Shown: piece after piece, positions 28,545 through 38,232 of the stretch
How positions within the stretch are numbered: the first letter of the stretch is position 1
Layout of the letters: the number at the start of each line of letters is the position of its first letter
Origin: Spirochaetia bacterium
GTDB lineage: Bacteria > Spirochaetota > Spirochaetia > SZUA-6 > Bin103
Direction: 5' to 3'
Assembly (NCBI GenBank): GCA_965203905.1
Contig: CBDBDQ010000005.1
Span: 5,776,155-5,840,154 of the forward strand
Length of the DNA: 64,000 nucleotides
Made by a program: the position numbers and the translations under genes
Notes under the pieces: generated by a model
The model's database searches: none
Seen by the model: the letters and a program-made list of their open reading frames with translations, nothing else
What the model was told of the DNA's origin: nothing

Positions 28545-28949
28545 GTGGCGGCCGGCGCCAACGGACGGGCGCGCCGGGTCGTCGTCGGCAAGGTGGCGGA
28601 GATCCCGGTGGGCGGCCGCAAGCTGGTGGTGCCGTTCCGGGGCCGCGCCGGGATCGGCGTGTTCAACGTCAAGGGCACCTTCTACGCGCTGCGCAACATC
28701 TGCCCGCACAACCTGGGACCCCTGTGCACCGGCCACGTCAGCGGCCGCTTCGTCGCCAGCGGCCCGCCTTCAAGCGCCGGTGCCACGCTGGCCATGGACC
28801 GCGACGGCGAGATCCTGCGCTGTCCGTGGCACAACTGGGCGTTCGACATCACCGACGGAAGCTGCCTCGGGGACCCACGGCTGCGGGTAAAGACCTACCC
28901 GGTCGCAGTCGAGGGCGACGACCTGGTCGTCGAGTACGCCGACGAGTGA
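28545..28949 (+). CDS. Rieske [2Fe-2S] domain protein
   Basis: CPHNLGPLC ... CPWHNWAFD. Confidence 0.85.
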   Translation: MAAGANGRARRVVVGKVAEIPVGGRKLVVPFRGRAGIGVFNVKGTFYALRNICPHNLGPLCTGHVSGRFVASGPPSSAGATLAMDRDGEILRCPWHNWAFDITDGSCLGDPRLRVKTYPVAVEGDDLVVEYADE

Positions 28950-29026
28950 GCGTCAGCGCCGGCGATTGACAACCTCGCGAGTGTCTGCCACAAGAGTCGG
29001 GTGCTGCTTCCGTGAGGAGGCCCGCA

Positions 29027-29272
29027 ATGCACATTCGGTACGACTCCGAGGCTGATGTGATTTTTCTTTCGCTTCGAGCAGCGGCAGGAGGGGAAGCCGG
29101 GGGCAAGCGGCTCGACGAAGGGCGGATCGCCCATCTCGATCAAGCTGGCCAAATCTTCGCTTATGAGTTCCTGGGTGTCAGTCGAGGCGTTTCACTCACG
29201 GGAATCGACAGGGACGATGCCGACCAGATTCGCGAATCGATCAGGCCGCTCGTCCAGCTCGCGGTCGGGTAG
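29027..29272 (+). CDS. DUF2283-like small protein
   Basis: MHIRYDSEADVIFLSL... is the typical DUF2283 start. Confidence 0.6.
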   Translation: MHIRYDSEADVIFLSLRAAAGGEAGGKRLDEGRIAHLDQAGQIFAYEFLGVSRGVSLTGIDRDDADQIRESIRPLVQLAVG

Positions 29273-29292
29273 GTGCAGGAGACGATAATTCC

Positions 29293-30903
29293 ATGTTGAG
29301 CCGTGAGCTGCAGATAGAGCAGCGGTACCTGATCCTGCCGGTGCGGCGGCGGCCGGCCACCGGAATCCTGCGGCAGGCGGCCGGGCACATGCGCCTGCGC
29401 GCGGGCGACGAGGTGGTGCGTCACTTCGACATCGACCTGGCCGACGGGGCCGGCGACTACCAGGTGTTCAGCGACCTGGAGCCGTTCCTGGGGCGGCGGC
29501 TCACCGTGGAGTTCGAGGGCTCCGGCGCGGCGTCGCTGGCCGGGTTGCGCCTGGCGGCGGAGCCGGTGCCCGCTGCCGGGCTGTACCGCGAGCGCCTGCG
29601 GCCGCAGTTCCACTTCTCCTCCCGGCGCGGCTGGAACAACGACCCCAACGGCCTGTTCTGGTATGGCGGCGAGTATCACCTGCTCTACCAGCACAATCCC
29701 TACAGCGTCGAGTGGGGAAACCTGCACTGGGGGCATGCCGTGAGCCGCGACCTGGTGCACTGGACCGAGCTGCCGGTGGCCCTGTACCCCGACGAGTTGG
29801 GCGCCATGTCCACCGGTTGCGCCGTCGTGGACTACGAAAACACCTCCGGGCTGGGGAGTCCGGGCGCGCCCGCGGTGGTCGCTATCTACACCGCGGGCCA
29901 CGCCTCCTGGACCCCGGGATTCGTGCAGTGCCTGGCGATCTCCACCGACGGCGGCGCCACCTGGAGCAAGTACGATGGCAACCCGGTGATCGACCACATC
30001 GTCCACCGCAACCGCGATCCCAAGGTGATCTGGCACCCCGAGAGCGAGCGCTGGGTGATGGTGCTGTACCTGGACGGCTTCGACTACGCGATCTTCACCT
30101 CGCCCAACCTGTTGCAGTGGGAGCGCACCAGCGACCTGGAACTGCCGCGTTGCACCGAGTGCCCGGAGCTGTTTCCGCTGCCGCTGGACGGGGAGACGAA
30201 GTGGGTATTCTGGGGCGCCAACAGTTCCTACCTGGTGGGCTCCTTCGACGGCCGCACCTTCCACCCGGAGCAGGCGCCGCGCAAGCTGCAGCCGGACGGC
30301 AACGGCTACGCCGCCCAGACCTTTAGCGACGTGCCGCCCGAAGATGGCCGGCGGGTGCAGATCGCCTGGCTCAGGCAGCAGATGCCGGGGATGCCGTTCG
30401 GCCAGTGCATGACCATTCCGCACAGCCTGGGGCTGCAGCGCCGCGGCGGCCAGGTGCTGCTGACCGCGGCCCCGGTGCGCGAGCTGGAGCGCCTGCGGGC
30501 GGAGACCTGGGAGATCGCGGATACGGAGATAACGCCGGCGCGGCCGCTCCAGGCCGAGGTGAGCGGCGAGCTGCTGGACGTGGAGGCGGAGCTGGAGCTG
30601 GGCTCGGCCGACTGCGTGGGCGTGGTGGTGCGCGGCGTGCCGGTGTTCTACGACCGGCGCCTGGGCGCGCTGTGCTGCGGCGGCTACACGGTGCCGCTGC
30701 CGGCTCCCGAGGGTCCGTTCAAGTGGCGAATCCTGGCCGACCGCGCCTCGCTGGAGCTGTACGCGGACGATGGCGCGGTGACCATTGCCGCGGGCATCAT
30801 CCTGCCGGAGTGGGAGACCGCGGTACGGCTGGTGGCCGTCGGCGGCAACGCGGTGGCGCGGCGGGTGACGGTGGCGCGGCTGCGGTCGGCGTGGTCGGTA
30901 TGA
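29293..30903 (+). CDS. Glycoside hydrolase family 32 (beta-fructosidase/levanase-like)
   Basis: RPQFHFSSRRGWNNDPNGLFWYGGEYHLLYQHNP, RDPKVIW, ECPELF. Confidence 0.85.
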   Translation: MLSRELQIEQRYLILPVRRRPATGILRQAAGHMRLRAGDEVVRHFDIDLADGAGDYQVFSDLEPFLGRRLTVEFEGSGAASLAGLRLAAEPVPAAGLYRERLRPQFHFSSRRGWNNDPNGLFWYGGEYHLLYQHNPYSVEWGNLHWGHAVSRDLVHWTELPVALYPDELGAMSTGCAVVDYENTSGLGSPGAPAVVAIYTAGHASWTPGFVQCLAISTDGGATWSKYDGNPVIDHIVHRNRDPKVIWHPESERWVMVLYLDGFDYAIFTSPNLLQWERTSDLELPRCTECPELFPLPLDGETKWVFWGANSSYLVGSFDGRTFHPEQAPRKLQPDGNGYAAQTFSDVPPEDGRRVQIAWLRQQMPGMPFGQCMTIPHSLGLQRRGGQVLLTAAPVRELERLRAETWEIADTEITPARPLQAEVSGELLDVEAELELGSADCVGVVVRGVPVFYDRRLGALCCGGYTVPLPAPEGPFKWRILADRASLELYADDGAVTIAAGIILPEWETAVRLVAVGGNAVARRVTVARLRSAWSV

Positions 30904-31724
30904 GCCTCTCGGTGACCCCGATCGCGGGGGCCCTCGGCGCAGAGGTCGCCGGCGTGGACCTGGGCCGCTCGCTGGACGCCGCCACCGTGGCGGAGATCAG
31001 GCAGGCGCTCCTGGAGCACCTGGTGATTTTCTTTCCCGCGCAGGAGCTGACCCCGAAATCGCTGCTGGCGTTTGCCCGGTGCCTTGGAGAACCCCTCGCC
31101 TACCCCCAGTTGCAGGGCCTGCCGGAGGAGCCGCTGGTGACCGCGGTCACCAAGCTGGAGCACGAGCGCGTCGCCTTCGGCGGCGTGTGGCACACCGACA
31201 CCAGCTACCTGGAGCAGCCGCCGCTGGGCAGCCTGCTGTACGCGGTGGAGCTGCCACCCTACGGCGGCGACACCCTGTTCGCCAACCAGTACCTGGCCTA
31301 CGAGCGGCTCTCCGAGGGACTGCAGAGAACCCTCGCCGGGCTCACTGCCGTATACACCTCCACCAAGCCGGCGGTGGCCGCGACGCGCGAGGACCGGCTG
31401 CGCGAGCGCGGGGTGAAGGCGAAGGTGCTCACCAGCGAGCACCCGGTGGTCCGCACCCACCCGGAAACCGGCCGCAAGGCGCTGTACGTCAACCGCGGGC
31501 ACACCTCGCACTTCAAGGGCTGGAGCGAAGCGGAGAGCGAGTCGCTATTGGAGTACCTGTTCCAGCACCAGGTGGCGCCGGAATTCACCTGCCGCTACCG
31601 CTGGCAGCCCGGCTCCCTGGCGGTCTGGGACAACCGCTGCACCCAGCACCTCCCGATCAACGACTACGACGGCTTCCGCCGCGTGATGCACCGCGTCACG
31701 CTGGCCGGCGACCGGCCTGCCTGA
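30900..31724 (+). CDS. TauD/TfdA-family Fe(II)/2-oxoglutarate dioxygenase
   Basis: ATGA overlap with the GH32 stop; WHTDTSYLEQPP, GGDTLFAN. Confidence 0.85.
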   Translation: MSLSVTPIAGALGAEVAGVDLGRSLDAATVAEIRQALLEHLVIFFPAQELTPKSLLAFARCLGEPLAYPQLQGLPEEPLVTAVTKLEHERVAFGGVWHTDTSYLEQPPLGSLLYAVELPPYGGDTLFANQYLAYERLSEGLQRTLAGLTAVYTSTKPAVAATREDRLRERGVKAKVLTSEHPVVRTHPETGRKALYVNRGHTSHFKGWSEAESESLLEYLFQHQVAPEFTCRYRWQPGSLAVWDNRCTQHLPINDYDGFRRVMHRVTLAGDRPA

Positions 31725-32020
31725 CCATAGGTCGGCCAACCCGCAGGGTGGCCGGGCACACTTTCGAGTCGACCGGTCCGCTTGACAATCGTTCAAGCGT
31801 TGGTAAGCGAACTCGTTGGACGTCACCACCCGTGCGCCGACAGTTCCCATCCTTGGCAGCCCGGCACGGTACATCGGATCAGCATCACTTTCTCCCATAG
31901 ACTCTCAACTCTCGACGGCCTGTTGGTCTTTCTGGATTTCATGTTTACTATGGCTCACGATTACAAATTGCACGCGACACGAGAGTACATCAGAAATTAG
32001 ATCAGCATGGAGGAACGAAA

Positions 32021-32590
32021 ATGACGAACAGGGACACCCTCAGGGAAGACATCGCATACGTCCGCGACGCGACGAGTCGAGCGAGTGCAACCACGGTCCC
32101 GTCGATCCATCTTCTGTGGGCGGCAATCGGATTGTGCGGCTTCGTGCTGGTCGATTTCGTGGAAGACTCCCGCTGGATCGGGGTTTTCTGGTTGCTGGCA
32201 GGTCCCGGGGGCGCGATCCTTTCTATGTGGCTCGGTTTTCGCGCGCAGCGTCAGGTCGGACAATTCGATCGGCGTAGCGGTAGTCGGTTGGGTCTGCACT
32301 GGCTCGCGTTTCTCGTGGCTGGGGTGCTTGGGTTGGCGCTAGTCCTTTCGGGGCACCTCGATTGGCCGGGATTCGGCTCACTGATGGTGCTGCTCCTGAG
32401 TTTGACCTACTTCCACGTAGGCATACAGTTAGACCGCCGGCTCTTGCCGATCGCCACAGTTGCTGCGGTGTGCTACCTGGTCACCCTTATTGTGTCCGGG
32501 TACGAGTGGACCCTTGCCGGCGTCGCAATGGCGTCCGCGCTCGTCTGGCAGGCCCGACTCGGGGCACAGACGCAAGATGTTGCGCACTGA
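32021..32590 (+). CDS. Integral membrane protein (about 5 TM segments), unknown function
   Basis: 189-aa hydrophobic ORF, translationally overlapped by the downstream regulator gene. Confidence 0.6.
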   Translation: MTNRDTLREDIAYVRDATSRASATTVPSIHLLWAAIGLCGFVLVDFVEDSRWIGVFWLLAGPGGAILSMWLGFRAQRQVGQFDRRSGSRLGLHWLAFLVAGVLGLALVLSGHLDWPGFGSLMVLLLSLTYFHVGIQLDRRLLPIATVAAVCYLVTLIVSGYEWTLAGVAMASALVWQARLGAQTQDVAH

Positions 32591-32903
32591 TCCGGACATT
32601 CCAAGCCTCGACGAGTTGCGATCGTTAAATGGCTTGCTTGACCATCGGGTACGGCTGGCGATCTGCGTCTTGCTCTCCAAGCACGATGCCATGTCGTTTA
32701 GCCGGCTGAAGCAGGTACTTGAAGAGAAGGACGGTAGCCTCGGCACTCATCTGCGCAAGCTGGAGGACGCCGGCTACCTGGTGATCGACAAAACCTACCG
32801 CGGCCGGCGACCCGTGACTTGGTATCAGCTTACCGGCGCTGGCCAGACTCGACTGCAACGGCACATAACGAACCTGATGCGTCTTCTCGACCGCGCCCGC
32901 TGA
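32577..32903 (+). CDS. Winged-helix transcriptional regulator
   Basis: LDHRVRLAICVLLSKHDAMSFSRLKQVLEEKDGSLGTHLRKLEDAGYLVIDK... is an ArsR/MarR-like wHTH pattern. ATG 32577. Confidence 0.7.
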   Translation: MLRTDPDIPSLDELRSLNGLLDHRVRLAICVLLSKHDAMSFSRLKQVLEEKDGSLGTHLRKLEDAGYLVIDKTYRGRRPVTWYQLTGAGQTRLQRHITNLMRLLDRAR

Positions 32904-32965
32904 GCCCCGCGGGGCGCGCTCGACGGCGACAACCTCGACGCTGTGCGCTGCCACCCCAGCTATCA

Positions 32966-34489
32966 CTACGGATAGGGGAGCGGATCCTTCGTCAGCTGGG
33001 CGAAACTCAAATCCTCATTCGACAAGCCCGCTAGCCTGCGGGCGATCCGAAATCGAGGATGTCCCAGCAACGGCTGCGAGGGAAGAAAGGGTGCACATAG
33101 CTGAGGTATGAACACTTTGACCAGCTTCAGCTCTCGCCACTGTGACGGAGTCAGATCGAACGCGATTGGCTCGACTTTATTGTGCGCCAGAATCTCCAAC
33201 AGCCGGTCCAGCTTGTCGCCTACGGATAGCTCGACCACATCAGCACCAGCTCGCTCACAGAGCTCCGAGAACTTTACGGACTCCGTGCCGTTCAGATACC
33301 AATCGAGCTTCTCGCGGTTGCTCAAGTGGCCGTAGTATCCGACTACTTTGTAGAACAGGTCGAACTCGTCGAGTTCGGCGTCAGGCCTGACGCTGAACAT
33401 CCTTCTCAGATTATATCCCAGTGGCTTGTCCGGAGCCAATATTCCCATCCGCAACATTCGTTCACTCTGTCCGAATTCGCCCAACGTCTTGACCAACAAC
33501 CGGTGTGGGCACAGGTCCGCCCCACCTCCCGCGTAGTATGAGAATTCATTGAAGTACGGCTCCACTCGAATCGCCGTAAACACCGGTACTTCGTGCAGAT
33601 CAACGTTATGATAGTAGACCTGTGTCGGTACTGGCCAACGGTTCAGATCCGCCACCAGCCGCGCGCACTCCTTGCTCTTTTCGAAGCCACCATCCAATTC
33701 CACTCGAAGCGGAGGAATGCCCGCGTACCACCGAACATTGACGGCGTCACGCTCAATCACCTCGGTGACTGCGTGGTAAATGGCATCCTGTATCGACACA
33801 TGGCAGCTCAGTCCACCACTCTGCGAATACCCTATAGAGTCCTCGCCGCGGGTGAATACGTACCAGAAGTCCACCAACTGGGCCGGTACCGACACTGCTT
33901 CTCCGTCCAGCAGACTCTTGCCAACAACCCAAGCTACCCGCGAGTCCTCCGTAAACGGTTTGTACAGACCCTCAGGACTGTGCATATTGCACTGCTCCGG
34001 TGCGAACAACTTGATCTGGTTCGGAGTCAAGTGCCTCACCCCCTCGCGGTCCAACTCGTGCGCCGTAGCAAGCCGATAGTTCCCCAAACCATTCAGATGA
34101 CAAAGTGAACCGACTACTCGCTCCACGCCCTCCCCCAGACTGGACAAAAACATGTCCGAAAGCAGAAATCCCTTGCCGCCGCCGTGGACGTTGGTGCCGA
34201 CACCGGTATCCAGCGAAGGCATGGTCAACAATCGCGACAGCACGTGGTTCAGATCATATTGCTCGGCATGGCCGGAGCACACATGAAGCTGGCCATCGGC
34301 ACCAAAGTACGACACCACACGAGTGATCGGACCGGTCGTCGGATTGAGCTGCGCGGTCAATTCGCCGATCGCTGTCCGCTGTCGACTACTCACCAGGTAC
34401 GGCAGCAGTTCAGTCCCATTGTTAACGCCTCTTGATCGTAATTCCATCTTCACAGTGTCGCCACCTACTCCCAACGTAAGAAAAGACAT
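32966..34489 (-). CDS. YcaO cyclodehydratase (SagD-type), last gene of the RiPP operon
   Basis: HGGGKGFLLSDMFLSSLGEGVERV; SGGLSCHVSIQDAIYHAVTEVIERDAV; C-terminal ...KDPLPYP (PxPxP). Start ambiguous: 34573, 34489 or 34447. Confidence 0.85.
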   Translation of the reverse strand: MSFLTLGVGGDTVKMELRSRGVNNGTELLPYLVSSRQRTAIGELTAQLNPTTGPITRVVSYFGADGQLHVCSGHAEQYDLNHVLSRLLTMPSLDTGVGTNVHGGGKGFLLSDMFLSSLGEGVERVVGSLCHLNGLGNYRLATAHELDREGVRHLTPNQIKLFAPEQCNMHSPEGLYKPFTEDSRVAWVVGKSLLDGEAVSVPAQLVDFWYVFTRGEDSIGYSQSGGLSCHVSIQDAIYHAVTEVIERDAVNVRWYAGIPPLRVELDGGFEKSKECARLVADLNRWPVPTQVYYHNVDLHEVPVFTAIRVEPYFNEFSYYAGGGADLCPHRLLVKTLGEFGQSERMLRMGILAPDKPLGYNLRRMFSVRPDAELDEFDLFYKVVGYYGHLSNREKLDWYLNGTESVKFSELCERAGADVVELSVGDKLDRLLEILAHNKVEPIAFDLTPSQWRELKLVKVFIPQLCAPFLPSQPLLGHPRFRIARRLAGLSNEDLSFAQLTKDPLPYP

Positions 34490-35250
34490 ATCAGTAGAAT
34501 CGAAAGTGCGCCATAACCCGACAGCACCCACCACGTAATGCTCGCTACTGCATTGATGGAGCCCCCTGTCCAAGCGGCGGTAAGCAACGTGCCCACGTGC
34601 GTCAACGGAAGCGCATTGCTGACGTATTGAAGAAACACCGGAGAGTCGTCAATCGGGATCGACAATCCCGATAGCAACAGATTCGGCATAAACAGCAATT
34701 GGCCGCAAGGTGCCACTGCACCGTGCGATCTTATCGTGGCAGCAATCAGCATCCCCGCTGGTATCATGGAAGCCGCACCAAGCATCAAGCCCAATCCCAA
34801 TGTAAGCAGACTAGACAAGCTGGTCGGGAAATAGATTCCGTACAAGATTCCGTTGGTCACCAGCAGCAGCAGCACGAACACCAGAAAAAACAACAGATTG
34901 GCAAACAGAAAGGACAACACGAGATTTGCCCGTGACAACGGCGAAGCCCTATATAGCTTAAGCAAGCCGTACGACCGCTGCGCGGCAAAATTGGTAGGTA
35001 TGGTAATGAATGCGCTGGCCGCCAGATTGATCCCAATAGCATCCCAAACAATGACATTTCTGTGATATACGCCGGCCACGTCAGTTGCATAATCGCCATA
35101 CAGTACAGCCAATATTGGTACAATAGCGATCGAAAAGACAGCGCCGAATACCAGCCCCACCGGCTCTCTCATGAGTAGTAGCAACTGATATCCAGTGGAC
35201 CGTAGAAGCTGCTCTGTCCGAGTACTGGCGTGGCTATCGTGGAGTTTCAT
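34465..35250 (-). CDS. ABC-2-type transporter permease
   Basis: 261-aa, six-TM-like hydrophobic ORF, 8 nt after the ATPase gene. Confidence 0.75.
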   Translation of the reverse strand: MKLHDSHASTRTEQLLRSTGYQLLLLMREPVGLVFGAVFSIAIVPILAVLYGDYATDVAGVYHRNVIVWDAIGINLAASAFITIPTNFAAQRSYGLLKLYRASPLSRANLVLSFLFANLLFFLVFVLLLLVTNGILYGIYFPTSLSSLLTLGLGLMLGAASMIPAGMLIAATIRSHGAVAPCGQLLFMPNLLLSGLSIPIDDSPVFLQYVSNALPLTHVGTLLTAAWTGGSINAVASITWWVLSGYGALSILLICLFLRWE

Positions 35251-35258
35251 CGAGTGCC

Positions 35259-36191
35259 TCAGGGTGTCTCAGACGTGGCCATGCAAACATGGTAGATGTC
35301 CTCCAGATTGGATTTCCTGAAAAACCTGTGACTGATCTCGTCGTAATTCAACATCCGGGCCAGACTTGACTCCGCAAGCGCCTTGGAGGTGATAAGTAGC
35401 ACGCGACCCTGTACCTGCCCAAACCAGACGATACCGTCCGCACCGCCAATCTGCATCTCGAGGCTGCGCAGGAGCAGCTGTGGATTTGGAGCCGCTATCA
35501 CGTATGTCATGAAGGCGCCAAATCGCTCGACGATATCGGCCACCTTGCCGCTGGCCCGCACCTCACCATCGACCAGGAACGCCACCCGGTCACAGTTGAC
35601 TTCCATGTCCTCGAGCGCATGACTGGAACACACGATCGAGCGCCCGGCATCGCGGCGCCGTCGCACCGCTTCCCAGAATTGGGAACGCGCGCCTGGATCC
35701 ATACCCGCAGTGGGTTCATCGAGCAACACGATCGGCGGATCCCCGAGAAAAGCTAGGGCGATCAGCACACGCCGCTTCTCGCCCCCCGACAGTGTCCGAA
35801 AGAACGAACGATAGTGACTCTCGTCGAGGCCGAACTCGGCGCACAGCGCGCGCGGATTCTCGTTCGCCACAAAGGCCCTGAGAAAGAACCAGAAGGTGTC
35901 CGAGACCCGCGTGAATGGAGGCAATTCGGTGGTCTGGAACTGTACCCCAAAGTGACGGGATGCCTGGGCGTGCTCGGTCCATGTATCATAATTCATGATC
36001 CTTGAATTTCCCAAAGTCGGCTTGGTTATGCCGATTGCACACTCCATGAGCGTCGTCTTACCGGCGCCATTCGGACCGATGAGGCCGACCACCTCGCCAG
36101 GCTCTACGTACAAATCAATCTCATCAAGGGCAGTCTTGGTGCCATACCTCTTGCTCATCTCACGAATCTCCATAACGGCGTTTCCGCTCAT
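35259..36191 (-). CDS. ABC transporter ATP-binding protein
   Basis: GLIGPNGAGKTT, LSGGEKRR, VLLDEPT. ATGA overlap with the upstream amidohydrolase stop. Confidence 0.9.
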   Translation of the reverse strand: MSGNAVMEIREMSKRYGTKTALDEIDLYVEPGEVVGLIGPNGAGKTTLMECAIGITKPTLGNSRIMNYDTWTEHAQASRHFGVQFQTTELPPFTRVSDTFWFFLRAFVANENPRALCAEFGLDESHYRSFFRTLSGGEKRRVLIALAFLGDPPIVLLDEPTAGMDPGARSQFWEAVRRRRDAGRSIVCSSHALEDMEVNCDRVAFLVDGEVRASGKVADIVERFGAFMTYVIAAPNPQLLLRSLEMQIGGADGIVWFGQVQGRVLLITSKALAESSLARMLNYDEISHRFFRKSNLEDIYHVCMATSETP

Positions 36192-37579
36192 CCCATTCCA
36201 CCACGCAGCACATGATCAAGGGATGTTTTCAGTCGCTTCGTGAGCTTCTCAAGATCTACCGACTGGCCTCTGCATATAACGTGAGTTATGCTCGAAATCT
36301 GTTCGATGTCGTTGCTCGGATCGCCGCTGAGCAATACGAGGTCGGCGTACGCACCTGGCTCGATTACACCAACGGGATGGTCGAGGAAGCGGGCCGGTAC
36401 GGACGTCGCTGACTGCAGGCAATCCAATGCGGATATGCCACACATTCGGTGTAGTTCCTTGATCTCATCATGGAGACTGAAGCCAGGGGCCAATGAAGGG
36501 TTGGGAGAATCGGTGCCCGTGAGGATGCGGACACCGCGCTGATGCAGCAACGCGACGGTCTCGCATACTCTTCGGTAACCTTGGCGTACCACCAAGTCTG
36601 TCTTCTTGTCCAAGTCGACGACCGGCAAGTGAGCGGCCAGAATCTTTTTTCCGATTTGGTAGCCAATTCTGCTTCGCATCCGCAGCAGATACTTGTGGTA
36701 CGGCATGGTGAGCGACGCCCACTTCAGACTTGGCGTGGCCAGCATATCCTTGAAGAACGACCATCGTCTGGACACGAGCAACGTCGGGCACAGCATGGTA
36801 CCGGTGGATTCCATGACTTCGCCCATACGGCGGGCAACGGCGGCGGGCACCACGTGAGCCCAGTTCAGCAAATGGCGGATGGCGGCGTTGGCGCCGTGAG
36901 GGACCACCGAATGTTGTTGTTGATGGTCGCGATCGACGAGGTTTATCGCATGCTCGAGGGAATCCACTCCGTGCTCCGCGCCCGCGTGCGCGGACACCTC
37001 ACCGGAGTGAAACGCCACCTTCAAGGAGGCCGCATGTGCTTGCTTTACGAGGTGACCGAACACCGCGGGGGTGATCGACTGGTAGATCTTGACGAAATCG
37101 ACCGCTTCCAACTTGAGTCTTCGGATTGCCATCTCGGCCGCCTCCGGAGTCGTCACCGAACGCGTAAAGCTCCACGTCGGGACGGCGCCATCAAGGAGCG
37201 GTCCGGACGCGTACAGACGTGGCCCAGCGCCGTCTTCGAGCCATCTCTTCAGATAGTGAATCGTGTCCAACGAGTTGCCAACATCGCGCAACGTGGTTAC
37301 GCCATTCAACAGGCACAGCCGAACAAAGTCCTTTGCTGCAGAGTGCGGATTACCCGCCGGCAGACCTCCGCGATAGCCACTCGTGTGAACATGGGCGTCT
37401 ACGAGTCCCGGCATCGCGAATCGTGCCTCGTAATCGAATTCAGGCCTGCTCCGGTCGCGGCGCTGTGCCCCACAGGTGACCCCAACGATACGCTCTCCGC
37501 GGATCTCTATGAGTGGATCCTGCACTACGCGGTGACCATCGAATAGGGCATCGGCTCGTATGCGAGTCGTCCTGCTCAC
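36188..37579 (-). CDS. Metal-dependent amidohydrolase (imidazolonepropionase/prolidase-like fold)
   Basis: GTG 37579 overlaps the CPBP stop (GTGA). FAMPGLVDAHVH, GVRILTGTDSP, AYADLVLL. Confidence 0.8.
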   Translation of the reverse strand: MSRTTRIRADALFDGHRVVQDPLIEIRGERIVGVTCGAQRRDRSRPEFDYEARFAMPGLVDAHVHTSGYRGGLPAGNPHSAAKDFVRLCLLNGVTTLRDVGNSLDTIHYLKRWLEDGAGPRLYASGPLLDGAVPTWSFTRSVTTPEAAEMAIRRLKLEAVDFVKIYQSITPAVFGHLVKQAHAASLKVAFHSGEVSAHAGAEHGVDSLEHAINLVDRDHQQQHSVVPHGANAAIRHLLNWAHVVPAAVARRMGEVMESTGTMLCPTLLVSRRWSFFKDMLATPSLKWASLTMPYHKYLLRMRSRIGYQIGKKILAAHLPVVDLDKKTDLVVRQGYRRVCETVALLHQRGVRILTGTDSPNPSLAPGFSLHDEIKELHRMCGISALDCLQSATSVPARFLDHPVGVIEPGAYADLVLLSGDPSNDIEQISSITHVICRGQSVDLEKLTKRLKTSLDHVLRGGMG

Positions 37580-38232
37580 TTGCGTTGCTCCTGTTGTCCA
37601 GCCCGTGTACCGTACTGAACCAGCACCAGTGCGTTGAATGACAGGTGCATGATCACGGCGAGCAACACGCTCCCGAACAGAATGTTCGAAGCCGCCAACA
37701 CCAAGCCGCCAAAGAGTTTCGACAAGGCACCTGCCAGACCGGAGTTCAGATGAGTCAGAGCGAATCCTACGGAAGTGATCACCGCCACCCACCCTAGCGA
37801 CAGACCGGCAGCGTCCAAAAGCAATTGCCATATGACCCCGCGCCAGAACAACTCTTCGACGACGGCTCCGAAGAGCAACCCGAACGCCCATAATGTCGCG
37901 GTCGACCGAGTGCACCAGCCAGGTCGCGGCGAGCCGGTGCGACGGACGCCAGAGCTGCCGCCGCGGGGCGTACCGCTGCCTCCCACGACCTCCCAAAAAA
38001 GACGGATTCCCTTTTCGGCGATGTACCACAGCAGGGCTGCGACCACCGCAGTGGTACCGGCGACGGCGACCTGCCAGCTCGCCTCGGAGGAGAACCGAGG
38101 AAACGTAGGAATCGATCCCAGGCTGAGGATGATGCTCATGATCACCCCCAGTACCAGCCAGCCGAGGTGGTCAGCAATCACCCCGATCTCGTGTGCAGCA
38201 CGCTCACTACGCTGCCCGGTGGCCGCGATCAT
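37576..38232 (-). CDS. CPBP (CAAX/Abi) intramembrane glutamic protease (SagE-like role)
   Basis: EELFWRG, FALTH, HLSFN motifs. ATGA overlap with the SagB stop. Confidence 0.8.
   Translation of the reverse strand: MIAATGQRSERAAHEIGVIADHLGWLVLGVIMSIILSLGSIPTFPRFSSEASWQVAVAGTTAVVAALLWYIAEKGIRLFWEVVGGSGTPRGGSSGVRRTGSPRPGWCTRSTATLWAFGLLFGAVVEELFWRGVIWQLLLDAAGLSLGWVAVITSVGFALTHLNSGLAGALSKLFGGLVLAASNILFGSVLLAVIMHLSFNALVLVQYGTRAGQQEQRK

Noticed and set aside
31725-32020. tRNA, tmRNA or att-site signal at the left boundary of the lower-GC region. All other intergenic regions were scanned as well.
   Set aside because: No T-loop (GGTTCGAATCC-like) or acceptor-stem pattern was found by eye. A proper tRNAscan or ARAGORN run is still advisable.
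36188-38029. 613-aa ORF read as one large protein.
   Set aside because: Amidohydrolase similarity begins only at the GTG at 37579, which overlaps the CPBP stop. The upstream 150 codons overlap the CPBP gene in another frame and look like noise.
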